The position numbers and the translations under genes were made by a program. The notes beneath the pieces are model-generated. The model saw nothing but the letters and a program-made list of their open reading frames with translations, was not told the DNA's origin and did no database searches. Source: Octopus sinensis (taxonomy: Eukaryota). From it: a DNA stretch of 64,000 nucleotides. The stretch covers positions 60,016,001 to 60,080,000 of the forward strand of contig NC_043008.1 in NCBI RefSeq assembly GCF_006345805.1. The letters run 5' to 3'. This document shows, in pieces, positions 26,141 to 39,796 of the stretch (its first letter is position 1; the number at the start of each line of letters is the position of its first letter).

Positions 26141-29100
26141 ATATAATATTTACTGTAAAAGTTGTATTTATGTATTTAAGGAAATGTTGCCAATTTGCAT
26201 ATCAAAATATGCCTGGGAAAAAGATAATATGACGCATGTACCATTCCTCAAACGTCTTCTGACGACATTTGTCCAATTCAAGGAAATTTTGCTCAAAAAA
26301 CATATATACTCCCTTTGGCTAAGTTCAATGCATACATTAATTAACAATTTGGTAAATGTATTAAATATCGACCTGTTACTGCATAAACAAATTACTCGTT
26401 CATATACAGCACTCACACACACATACCCACATGCAAACACACACAAACCATACAAATACACAAAAACACAGACACATCTTCGCACGCACACGTCGCGGAT
26501 AAATATATATTATCTGGGGAAGTGCACCGGATTATATTATCACATAGAGATATGACATGAATGTACTAACATACAAGAGTGCTATCGTCTCTCTCTCTCT
26601 CTCCTCTCTCTCTCTCTTTCTCTCCCTCTCCCTCTCTCTCTATATATATATATCACTGCACTAACATGTAATCACATTCAACTGAAGTTATGGATGTAAA
26701 CTGCGTCTCTCTTTGAAATTAGGTTCAAATGTACTTGACAATCTGCCAAAATTTGATTGTTTTCGTATTGAAACTATATATACGTTTGCAAATAACCTTG
26801 GAGATGTTATCATGGAACTTCAAAGTTTACTTTTCTATAGATACAGATTATAATTATGCAACATTGGTTTTGGAACTGAAACTGGAAATCAAATTTTGTT
26901 GTTGTTGTTCTTGTATTTTTCATTTGCATTCATATTTATCATTTATCTAAGCATAACACGAGGACTTATAAGAAAACGAGGGAAACCAAATCTTGTTAAA
27001 GTATTTAAAACAAACAAACGATCGTTGATTGCTAGAAGGTTAACATCACTGGAGTTTTTTTTGTAATAAAGTTTCTTCGGCGACTGAGTACTTAACAAGT
27101 AGTTGGCAATTTCAAGATAGTGTTGGTGTTGATGACGCGTTTGTTTGGCTTCAGATGAGATCTAATCAAAGAAACTCCAGCCGTAGTAATCCGCCATTTC
27201 GACTATAGGGTATCCAGTGGGTCCTTTGCTGTTTTAAGACTGTAAAATGTTATATAAAGGATATCTGGTTATATAAAGGATATCTAGCTATTTGGGTTAC
27301 CGTATAATAGGCTGCTTACTCGATGGTTCAAGTGGCTTGATTCATCGAGATAGCTCAGCTCCAAGAAGTATGTCGAGGTAGATATTTATGCTCAAATGAC
27401 ATAACCGCACTCAATAACAGCACTGCAAAGCAAAGAATGTATGCCCTAAATTAAATTGTAATTATAATAATTAAATTATAAATTCTGTGGGAACCCTAGC
27501 TGTTTGAGCTTTTGATATTGAGTTCAAATCATCCATTGAGTCAACGAATTCGCCTCTGCTCACTTGCTCCTTGATCCACGTGTGAGAAACAGAAGTCACA
27601 CCTTCCTCAAGTCACGCCAGGCTGATTTAAAGTCAAAGGAAATTCTGGGGAGAAATTGGTTCTGGATTTCAATGGAATAGTCACGTTTGAGAAAACTGTG
27701 ATCATAAATCTACTGGATCGATGATTAAATTAATTATAATCTAAAAATTAATTAATAACATTGAAACCTTTGGGTGAGCACTATTTAAAACACAAAGGAA
27801 GAAATTAAAAACGAAAAGGAAGAAATGTTTGGCACGAACAGATATTGGCACCAAGAATCATGCCTGAAAAGAATTAATCTTGGCACTAACATCTTAATGG
27901 CATTTCCAAAGACGTTAACATACGTCAGAATAAGACACTAAGACAGACACCTCTGGTTTATTAAATATCTGTCTCCAACAGACATAATGGATAGAATTTC
28001 AAAAACCTTTACAGTAAATTTAGTTTATTTCTTAACCAAAGTGTATCACTTCTGTGTTTACATTATATCACATAATTCCAGACCAGGTTCACTTCCACCG
28101 CCATTGAATTCTCATACATAAAAGCAAGCATTACATAAGAAGGCATGCACATATATACTCATACGTGATTGGGTGAAATCGCATTTGTACATGTATAGTA
28201 TGTATGTGTTGTATTTGTGCTTGTATAAATTTAATTCTACAATCACGTTTCCTATGTATTCACACGCAAGTACATATACCAGAGAAAGTGGAAGAGAGAT
28301 AGAAATAAGCGTATAAATATACAGATAGTTGGGCAGATAAATATCTATATATCTATCTATCTATTTATCTATATGTAAATGTATATGCGGCGATTTCTTA
28401 ACACTTCCGTATATGCTTACTGCTGCTCATATTAACACATGCAGTAAATAAAATCTCAAGGGCAACAAACAAGCATTCATAGGATCTCACGCACACACGA
28501 TGTAATAAATACAAGCATGCATAATTATATATGGTCTATATACATACACACACATACACACACATATGGATATAAATAATATATATGTATATACATACAC
28601 ACATACACATACACTCCAACACTTATATACACATACACATACATATACATATATAGCTACACAATGTATGCATATATACATACATATATATATATATATA
28701 ATATATTATATATATATATATATATGTAGGTATGTATGTATATATACGCATACACACCTACACACACTCACACATACATATATGGAGAGGAAGTAGTAGA
28801 TTCGCTAGATCGCTAAAAAATCTAGTGAATACTTTGCGGTATTTATTCTGTCTCTCTTCATCCTGTAGATCAAATCCAGCTGAGGTCAGGTTTATGTTTT
28901 ATCCTTTGAAGGGTCGGTAAAAGAAAACAAACAAACGCTTCAATCCAAAGCGATGGCTTGGCGTGTCTGTCATAGGGTCAGTCAAGATACCACGTGGTAT
29001 GTGTTCTAACATTTTGATTTCTAATTTCAGTGTTTGTGATATGTCATAGGTGCCAAGTAGTTAGTATCTGCCAAAGTTACCGGTTTTTCACTTGGAAAAC

Positions 29101-29577
29101 ATCAGTAGTGTGGAGAAAGGAGACTTGTAGGGAAAAAGGCGGTTTTCATCTAAAAGCTGTCTCAGGCCTAGACGTACACGTCCAGATTAATAGTAGCTGG
29201 CAGCTTACTTGTAGAGCACGGTAACTATAACAATGTTCATTAGGCTAGATGAGTTGAAACAATAATAGTGATTAATAAAAGTTCTATATATATAAAAGAA
29301 GGGATGGTATCATTAAAATACCACCACGTGTGGCAAGCGAATTTATCAGCCGTACAGGCAAATTAATAAAATATATACATACAGTATAAAATATATATAT
29401 ACACACCGGTTCCAAGGTGACCAGTATTGCTTGTGCTGACGTAGTAGAGGTAAGACGTTTTTAATATTCACTGGAATTTTTTCCTACCACGACTGTATTA
29501 GATTTGTGACTATTCTGTGGTAAAGAAGTATTTTTGACTTCTATTTTAAGCGATACAGGTGCGCATGTGGTGCCTTC

Positions 29578-29630
<53 letters not shown>

Positions 29631-29736
29631 ATATATATTATATATATTATATATATATATTGTTATATATAATTTTTTTTCGTAATGAGATAAAAACCAA
29701 GGCTGTGTAGATTTTAGAACATTTATAGATAGAAGG

Positions 29737-29783
29737 TCTTACAGCTGTTTCCAGGATATTTATTATATCCCTTATCATCGAGA
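29737..29783 (-). ncRNA. Degenerate minimal hammerhead-like motif (Penelope-like terminal repeat)
   Basis: Minus strand: CT(c)GATGA, stem II ggatat/atatcc, GAAAC-AGCT-GTA with palindromic ACAGCTGT. Confidence 0.55.
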
Positions 29784-29974
29784 TGGTGTGAGAGGATGGT
29801 TAAGAAATAGTTAATTTAGATAAGATATAAAATAGAGAGTGAGGTGGAGGAAAGAAAAGATAATAGACGTAAGATATGTAGGGATGTTTTATTTCTAGAT
29901 CCATTTTTTAGGCAGAATGGTATGCATATAAGATTCCAATACCTTATGAGTAAAATCCAATAGTATTTTGTATT

Positions 29975-30010
<36 letters not shown>

Positions 30011-31027
30011 ATATATACACATTCATACATACATATATATATATATACATACTTATATATATGTATATATATAGATATTTACACACACACATATACATAT
30101 ATACATATATATATATATACATACACATATATACACATATATATGCACATATACACATATAAATTTAGTAATACAAACAACGTGTCCAGAGTTGAAAGCA
30201 TGAGATTATAAGTGCCTATGCACGAAACTTTTGGGCCCTGAGCCACTTTTTTAACTTTACCGGTTACAAAGAATATATATCTATATATCGTACAAGGTAT
30301 GGTGAGTTTAAAACTCTGATACAATGAGTTAATCTATGTGGCCAATTAATAAGCAAAATCTTCCCTTAGATGTCTTTAGAATTAGAAATATCACGATCAG
30401 TAAGTAACTCAAAAAACATTAGTTCATCTAATTTTCGAGACAATATAGAACATATAGACTAAAGCGGGTCTACTCTATAATACCAGCAGGTGAAAGCAAC
30501 ATCCCCACCGCACATACACATAGACGCTCTTGTATATATATATACATATATGTTAGATAAATTTCCTTCTGACGTTTCATTAATCGTTGGTATCGTATGT
30601 TTAACGTTTTCTCCGTACATCTCTCCTGTTTATCTAACTTATTGGAGACAAGATGTCTCAGCATAGCAAACCTTTACGTTTACACCGTTTCGTAATTTTT
30701 AGCTGTTCTATCTTTTCATCTGGATTTCTCTCTTTCAATTTGTCTTTGAACTCATTATCTCCCTCCCCCATCTTTTCCAATTCTCTACCTCCATGCAATT
30801 CTCTCCCATTGTCTGTCTGTCTGATTGCCTGCCAGCCTGCTTGCCTGCCTGTCTGTCTGTCTGTCTTTTGAGTTTCCACTGCTTTTTATATATTCTCTTT
30901 AATTCTTGTGCGTTTTCTTCTGTTTTGTTTTTCCAAATCGTCAATTTATCTGACGCTCTGCCCCCACTCTCTCTGTTTCATGAACATTTTCTCCTTTACC
31001 TTTCATAAACATACACTTACATGCCTA

Positions 31028-31063
<36 letters not shown>

Positions 31064-31183
31064 GTCTGTCTGTCTGTCTGCTTGTCTATCTATCCGGCTA
31101 TCAGTCAGTCAGTTTGTCAGTCTGTCTGTCAGTCTGTCTATCTATTTGTCTGTCCGTCTGTTTGCATGTTTATCCATCCATCC

Positions 31184-31238
<55 letters not shown>

Positions 31239-31242
31239 AGTA

Positions 31243-31281
<39 letters not shown>

Positions 31282-31330
31282 TTGTCTGTCTGTCTATCTG
31301 TTTGTCTGTCTGTCTGTCTGTCTATCTATC

Positions 31331-31588
31331 CGGGACCTATGGACAACTTCCAGAGATACTTGGTCTGGTACCTGTTCGGGAGGATAAGCTCTACAGGCAT
31401 GGCTCTAGAAACACGGGGCCGACCTGCCCACGATCCCTATTGATCGGCCTTTTATATTTTTTTTAACGATCCCTTTTGATCGAATTTCTACCCCCACTTT
31501 CTTTCCTTCTTCTCTTCCCCAAAAGAAAAAGCTCTACTTTGTATTTTGTGCCCTCTGTGTTCAGCCCTGTGTGGCCAATAAATAAACA
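31331..31588 (+). mobile_element. Internally deleted copy of the Tx1-type LINE inside a (TATC)/(TGTC)n array
   Basis: Matches about 3620-3734, then jumps to 4327-4535 of copy 1 (junction gacctgccc|acgatccctattgatc). Confidence 0.9.
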
Positions 31589-31667
<79 letters not shown>

Positions 31668-31670
31668 ATA

Positions 31671-31710
<40 letters not shown>

Positions 31711-33249
31711 CCTGTGTATCTGTCTATCCATTTATCTATCTATCTATCCCTTTATCTGTCTATCTATTTGTCTGTCTGTCTGTGTCACTCTCTATCAACC
31801 AAACTATATGTCTATGTATCTCTCGCTCCTTCCCTCTCTCATTCCCTACTTTATTCTATCCTTTCTGTATATCTATCTATGCACCCCCTCTTACTTACCG
31901 ATTCTTTTCCACTATTTCGTTTTCTCTTATTTCCCTTTAAACTATTTCCAATAATTCCTTCCCCTTTATTGTTTTCATCAATTTTCTTCCCCCACCACTC
32001 TCTTTTTGCCTGACTTTATCATTTTCATATCTTCTTTCTTTGCCCGTTTATTCTACTTTGATCTCCGCCCACCGCTCTTACTGTCGTTAACATGTATTTT
32101 AATTTCCTTCCTCTTCATCTACTAATTTATCATTTCTATCTCTATACCCCCACATCTTTCTTCCTCACGTGTAACCATTAACGCTGCAGGAAACCGCTAT
32201 AATATTTCCCACTTGCTCTATGGACGCCAGTTCCCTGTACGTCAGCTCAGAGAGAAAGAGTTATAAAAATTTCTATATTTCTCCAAGCAATAAGAAATAC
32301 GGACTCCCATATATAAAATGGTGACCTTTAACCGAGGCAGACCAACCACGTTAATAAACATTGAGAATGAAACCAACCATGCAATAAAATAATTAGAAAC
32401 CGAATATCTGGGGTCAATGCAGGCGATCAATCCAATATACAAAGAGGTAATCTCAAACGGAAAAATTCAGAAGGGTTTAGGGTGTTCCTAAAGAATTGTA
32501 CATAATTCTAAACATGAAGGAAGTAATCAAGCTACATGTGGCCGTAGTAAGTATGATGAATGAGAAGTTGCAAAACGTTCATGGAATCGCAAAAATAATT
32601 CTTAGTTTCGGAATTTAAACTATATCACAGTATATTTGACACACGCTGCACATTTATATCTTTGGATAGAATCATAGAATATAACCTTGTGCAACTAGAG
32701 ATGATCGATATAGCAATTAGTGTTAGAGATGATACTTGATACTGCCTACTTAAAGCATAGCAATCAGTTACAAAGCAACGCCAAAACTAAATAGCTGCAA
32801 TGAAATTTCAACTAAAAAGTCAACAAAGGAAACATGGCCGAACGGCTAAATCACATGCACGTAAACAACCAAACACCGGTTGTTAAGTAGTGGGGGACGA
32901 GCAAACACAAACAAAATGATACACACACATATACACACGTACATGCATGCTTACATTGTCTGACGATTTTCTAATAGGAAAGTCCTGAAATGTCTACATA
33001 ATATGTAAATCTTTGTACTTCCAATTAGCAAACGAAACACGTGTAATGGAGAATAGATAATACCAAAATTTTCCATTTTTCCGTTTGTTATTCAACAACT
33101 GTGTAAATGATATTTCTGTTATCCACAACCTTTATATGTTTTGATTTACATATAACACTAATTATGGATACATATTGATCCTGATAATGGAATAAGCAGA
33201 TATTCTTTAAGAAGAAGCGGCTAGGATTTACCCTAACAATATATCCATA

Positions 33250-33545
<296 letters not shown>

Positions 33546-33720
33546 GTATAGGCACGGCCGTTGGTGTGTGTTAAATAATTTGCTTTTCAACCATATGGAT
33601 CTTTGGGTTCGGTCCCACGGCTTGGCACTGCCGGCAAATGTCTTCTACTTAGGCTTGATAGAAGACTTCTGAATGGATTTGTACAGACTTTGTATTTTAA
33701 GATCCACTGTTCCCGAAAAG
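33546..33720 (+). mobile_element. Diverged SINE family C 5' half
   Basis: ataggcacgg...caaccatatgg...gggttcggtccca...ggcaaatgtcttctac. Confidence 0.7.
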
Positions 33721-33742
33721 AATTACACGAACACAGACACAG

Positions 33743-33826
<84 letters not shown>

Positions 33827-34591
33827 ATATACATCACTTACATGTATAAGGGTGTATATAAACATATGTATACATATCTATATCATTCAAGGTTGAGCGC
33901 GACCGCATCTAACGCCTTCCACCAAAAATGAATCTTAAATCCTTTGAAAATGTAACTGTGTAACTGGTATGAAAACAATCTTTAGTGTCAATAGAAAATG
34001 TTTTCAAAAGTAGAAAGGGAGAAAACTCTTGATGTATGTATATATCTTTTATATATAACGTTTATATAGGTACATACATCCACACACACGCACACTCACA
34101 AATATGCAAGTATTGTATGAAAGTTTAAAGAATATATGAGGCGCTACACTATCTCCTCCATTTCTACAGGTAATAGAGCCTTACTTTGCACCTAAAAATT
34201 TTTAGTACAGTTTGCTTATAGAGTTTCACATAATTAGAAAATTGTCTTTTACCTATCCAAACATTGTCAGTCACTGCATGCTTGACTGTGAGGAAATATT
34301 TCACTCGAAATGTTTAGCTTTCTCATAGTTTCATCGCCTGATATATTTACATAAGAACAGATGTTTTTCTTGTAAGCTTTTAAATATATTTAGGCAGTCA
34401 AGGAAGGTGAAGTTATAAAAAAAAATGCATAACAACAAAAACTGTAATGCCTTATGACTATAACGACCGCACAGACACAAACACTCACACACACACACAC
34501 AAACATAGATACACACACACATAAACATAGATACACACACACACACGTAAACAGATACGTAGACATGCGTACGTAAGCAATCACATGCACG

Positions 34592-34660
<69 letters not shown>

Positions 34661-34679
34661 ATATATATATATATATATA

Positions 34680-34730
<51 letters not shown>

Positions 34731-35161
34731 ATATATAGATATATATCTTTCGATGTATATACCTTTATGAATATATCTTCATATATATATATGTATATAT
34801 GTGTGTGTGTGTGTATGTATATGCTCACACACGCATATATAATACATGCACATATAGAATATAGCCACATATTGTGCGAGTGTGTGTATGTTTGTGTACG
34901 TGTGTGTAAGTGCACGTTGGTACACCGACGATCTACTGGAGTGCTTTAACTTAAAACTAATTATTTAAATTCACACCCGTAGAAAAAAAAATACATATAC
35001 AAAGATATGCACATTTAAATGTACACAGACACACAGGTATATACAATATCAGGGCTACATGTATATATATATATATATATATACATTTATATATATGAAA
35101 ACGCTCACACACATATATATACGTATATATATGCATATATGTACATACATACATATGTATA

Positions 35162-35204
<43 letters not shown>

Positions 35205-35418
35205 ATATATAATACACATATATGTATATATACATATATATACATACATATATATATACACATATATATATACATATATATGTATATATACATATATATA
35301 CATACATATATATACACATATATATATATACATATATATATGTATATATATACACACACATATATATATATATATACACATATATATATACATATATATA
35401 TATATATACACACATATG

Positions 35419-35464
<46 letters not shown>

Positions 35465-35872
35465 GAGAGCGAGAGAGAGAGAGAGAGTGACGGGGGAGAG
35501 AAAGAAATATAACATATGCATCCACCTATATATACATGAGCAACTAATAAACTTTCCAACTTCCTTTTTACACTAACCTTGCAATGTAAACATGCACCGT
35601 AAATTTAGAAATGTTTACCTATTTTTCATCTCATTTTATTAACTTTCACTTCCCTATGATAAAGGATTTAACCCAAACTATAGATTTCCTTCTGTTCCTT
35701 ACATGTGGTCTGTTTATTTTAATTGTTCGCATTCTTTCAGTCAACTTTCTCAGCGGTTTTTCCCGCGCGATTTTTTTTGTCTAAATTAATATAGTATTGA
35801 TTTGTTTAAGCCCTCTTTCTTTAACACTTTAGCTCATATTACCCCTGTGCATTGTATCGACCTACAATTCGG

Positions 35873-36050
35873 CATGATAGATCGGTAGTCACTACACACA
35901 TTTTTTTCTCTCCTTGTTTCTCTCCTTGTTTCTTTCTGTGTTCCTTTCTGTGGAAGAGCGTAGGCTCGAAACGTTAAAGACTAATACATCTGTTTGTTTT
36001 CGACACCACCTGTCTTCGTCTTTTGTACTTTTCGCGAATTCACCCCATAT
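35873..36050 (+). mobile_element. ~180-bp Penelope-like/retrozyme-like repeat with hammerhead-like motif (35944-35979)
   Basis: cttt CTGTGGA a gagc gtag gctc GAAAC GTT aaag; inverted copy at 38822-39003. Confidence 0.7.
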
Positions 36051-36256
36051 AGAAAATTCCAGCACACATAGAAAATTCACAGACACAAACACACACAGAC
36101 ATCCCACACACATACTGAATCATTTAGTTTTCCAACGATGCACATGATCTATCGTATAGAGATAACATTTAACACAAAAGTTATTTCACTTGCGTATTTT
36201 ATGCGGCGTTTCGGTGACACTGCGAGCAAATGTATTGCTTATATACTCTCTCTATA

Positions 36257-36397
36257 CACTTCAGAGTTTCCGATTTGATCTCGTTTACGAAGTGCTACGA
36301 GTGAGTGATATTGACAATCCGCAACTACGGCGAAATGCACATCTCTCGCTCTCGCCATGACTTCCGAAGCGATTTTCTATCACCAACCTCTGAAGTG
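36257..36397. mobile_element. 141-bp MITE with TA target duplication
   Basis: TA|CACTTCAGAG...CTCTGAAGTG|TA; perfect 10-bp TIR. Confidence 0.6.
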
Positions 36398-36747
36398 TAT
36401 TTTCGTTTCAACGCTACCTTTATGAAATGATTTTTCCGGGTGATAAGCTGCTGCATTTGGCTTTTCAGCTGTACACATACGTTGAATAGGTTATATAGAT
36501 TAAGATCTAGAGTTGCTTCTATTGCATAATATATATATGTATATGCATGTTCATAAAGACACACATTTAATATATACATACGTCTAATATAGAAAAATGT
36601 CAATCATGAATTGATTGCTAGAATATGCCTGAGTAATTGCGAGTGGTGATGATTTATGATATATGAGGACTATATCAATGAAAATTATGAATATAATACA
36701 AGTGTATTTGTTTATATATATATATATATATCTATATATATATTTAT

Positions 36748-36780
<33 letters not shown>

Positions 36781-37164
36781 TTATTACACATATATAAATA
36801 TATAATACTATATATATATATTTATACATACATATATATACACATATATTAACACACACACATATATATATACATACACTCACACACACACAAACACGCA
36901 AACCACAAACACGCACACGCAAACACGCACACGCAAACACACACACACAAACACACACACACACACACACATATATATGTACCTATATGAGCCAGTGTGC
37001 CTGTGCATATACATAAATATACTGACATATTTACTTTATTAGTGATAAACGAAGGGAAAGAATAATTCAATTTAATCAATAGGATATATTATTAAGTTTG
37101 AAAGAGTCTAATTCTTCGCTAGATAGCAGACACGTCTGACGAAGTGTGTATTCGTGAAAACTTT

Positions 37165-37365
37165 TAGTAAAATGAAAGTACACTCATAGAAAGAGGGAAG
37201 TAAATTGATTGTATGCGGCACAAGACGCAAAGACCCATGCTCGGAATATCATTGAGAAATCACACTCGAAATGAGGTAACAGGAGAAGCTCATTCGAGAA
37301 CGGAGCAGAGTGAACGGCATTGTTGTAAAATAGCGAAAGCGCAACTCCCGCTGGGCCGGACATAT
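37165..37365 (+). mobile_element. Frameshifted RTE-clade LINE fragment
   Basis: MLGISLRNHTRNEV then IRERSRVNGIVVK*RKRNSRWAGH; resembles the RTE post-RT region; cut by a SINE C copy. Confidence 0.7.
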
Positions 37366-37582
37366 ACTCTTTTTACTCTTTTACTTGTTTCAGTCATTTG
37401 ACTGCGGCCATGCTGGAGCACTGCATTTAGTTAGTCGAGAAAATTGCCCCCCGGGGACTTATTCTTTTTAAGCCTAGTACTTATTCTATTGGTCTCTTTT
37501 GCCGAACCACTAGAATACGGGGACGTAAACACACCAGCATCATTTGTCAAGCGATGCTGGGGGTACAAACACAGACACACAA

Positions 37583-37635
<53 letters not shown>

Positions 37636-37785
37636 GACGACGATCTCTTTCAGTTTCCGTCTACCAAATCCACTTACGAGGCTTTGGTCGGCACGAGGCT
37701 ATTGTAGAAGACACTCGCCCATGGTGCCACGCAGTGGGACTGAACCCAAAACCATGTGTTTCGTAAGCTAGCTACTTACCACACC
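37366..37785 (-). mobile_element. SINE family C
   Basis: Tail ctcttttacttgtttcagtcatttgactgcgg; internal (CA)/(TA); head lacks about 15 nt. Confidence 0.9.
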
Positions 37786-38249
37786 AAGTTTCCCTGGCAA
37801 AAAGTGGCCCATGCAGGTTTCGAGTGGTATGCATGAGATCTGAAAACGCCGCACGGAAGGGTTCCACGACGTTGGAAAATAATTTAGACAAAGTATTCGG
37901 CTAAGATCAGACAAAGTCCGCCTTCAAGAAAAGAAAGCGATGTATTACAACATCCGACTGTGCCGTCGAAGAGTGATACCGTGATTGGGCATTTTCTGAA
38001 GAAACAGGTATTTTGCCAGTTGAATTTCAGCGAGCGAGCTGCTCGTAAACGCACCGCCCGTGTAGTGAATGGCGAAAGCTTCATCTGCAGCATGAACGTA
38101 AGTGCATGTATATCTATCAAGAGCTGGACTTATTAGTGTAATTTAGCCTGAGTTCACAGTGTTCTTAGTGCTCTGTGTTGGTCTTCCTGGGTAACGAGAG
38201 GACAGCCACCATGTGTGTGTGTGTATGTGTGCGTGTGTGAGTGTATATA

Positions 38250-38470
38250 TATATATGTATATATAAAGTTAATCCAAACAAGAAAGCACAAAAAAACACA
38301 ACAACGCGAGGACGTGGAATAAATATTATATTATTGGATGCTCAGGAAAGAAGGAAAGAAGGAGGGCTTAACGTTTCGAGCGGAGCTCTTCGTCGGAAAC
38401 ATAGGAGAAGGAAAGATCCATAGAAGGGAAGACAGAGGAAAAAAATATCGGCAACGGTACACACGAGATC
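38250..38470 (-). mobile_element. Penelope-like terminal repeat, second subfamily, hammerhead-like motif at 38366-38400
   Basis: Minus strand: gttt CCGACGA a gagc tcc gctc GAAAC GTT aagc. Confidence 0.6.
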
Positions 38471-38789
38471 ACATTTTGAAAGACCGGAAGGAAATGGGTG
38501 AAGAAAGTGTTTTCAAAGACAGGAGAGTAGTTCTGTCAAAGACAGGAGAATGGTAGAGGAGGAGGAATGTATGTGTAAGTGTGGATATGTGCATGCGCGG
38601 TGGTCTGCGTGTGCGTGTGTGTGTGTATGTGTGTGTGGTTGTGGCTGTTAAACAAAGCGTGTTGTAGGGCTAGTAGTGTGAAGGTCGAGAAGAAGGAAGG
38701 TGGAAGAAGGAGTGGTGCCTTTTGTCTCTACCACAGGTCAGTACTGCTAGTTTGAAGTATGTGTGTGTGTGCGTGTATGTATATGTATC

Positions 38790-38821
<32 letters not shown>

Positions 38822-38825
<4 letters not shown>

Positions 38826-39003
38826 AGAATTCACAAAAAACAAAAGACGAAGGCAGGTGGTGTAGAAATCAAACAGACGTATTTGTGTAACGCTCGGGAT
38901 TTAAAAAAAGTCTTTAACGTTTCGAGCCTACGCTCTTTCACAGAAAGGAGCACAGAAAGAAACAAGGAGAGAAAAATGTGTGTAGTTGCTAGCGATGTAT
39001 CAT
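38822..39003 (-). mobile_element. ~180-bp Penelope-like/retrozyme-like repeat, hammerhead-like motif at 38912-38947
   Basis: Minus strand: cttt CTGTGAA a gagc gtag gctc GAAAC GTT aaag. Confidence 0.7.
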
Positions 39004-39231
39004 ATATATATATATATCATAAATATATATATATATATATTATATATATATATATACACGCTTGTCGCGAATATATAGGGGCGTAAGTTCGAGTCCTATG
39101 CGTACGGCAAACCCTACTTTGTTTCCGTCGAAGGCTTATATGCCCAGTATTAGACTATTTACTTCAGTCAATGCACGGTGATCGCTTATAAGCTTTAAGC
39201 TTATAATATATACATATATATTTATGGTACT

Positions 39232-39575
39232 TTACGTGCTGTAGCTTCTCACATGGCTGGTCTTTCCTACGTTTGATGAACAAACTCTGCTGCAAAATAT
39301 GCAAGCAAGGAAGGTGCTGCAGGGCTGGATTATGTTGATATTCTTTATTGGCGCTTTGCTTCGGGGGCCAGGTTTTTTTCTTCCTCGAGCTGTTCGTCTC
39401 CTTTGTTCACTGAGGTTTTCTATGCTGTTCTGTCTTTTGCTAACTTTCTCCAAGATTTTACATCGATGTGGCATTTTGTTAGGCTGCTCTTACAAATGTC
39501 CTTAAATCTCAGCTTTGGTTGTCCCTTGGGTCTGCTACCCCGAGCCAACTCGCCACATAATAACTTGTTAAGAAT
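39232..39575 (-). mobile_element. RTE-clade LINE 3' coding remnant
   Basis: LLCGELARGSRPKGQPKLRFKDICKSSLTKCHIDVKSWRKLAKDR and terminal CIFCSRVCSSNVGKTSHVRS C2H2-like motif. Confidence 0.85.
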
Positions 39576-39796
39576 ACACACACACACACGCACACACACA
39601 CACACACGCACACACTATGCTTAATATTTAGCAGAAGTAACAGTGATTCAAGGTCCACACACAAAACTCCCGGATCTCGAGTCACTCCTTTTCTTCTGCT
39701 AAATATTAATAAAAACATACATATACTCAGCTTTTGAGTTATATTTTTAATAATAATAATAATAATAACGATAATAATAATAATAATAATAATAAT

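Noticed and set aside
37136-37170. CTGACGA...GAAAAC as a hammerhead
   Set aside because: Stem II does not pair and there is no NUH triplet with stem III.
38060-38097. RVVNGE as a trypsin activation site
   Set aside because: Following residues lack the P-W-Q-V/A motif; likely coincidence.
38640-38760. GIY-YIG C-terminus upstream of the hammerhead repeat
   Set aside because: Could not read a convincing motif in any frame; needs a profile search.
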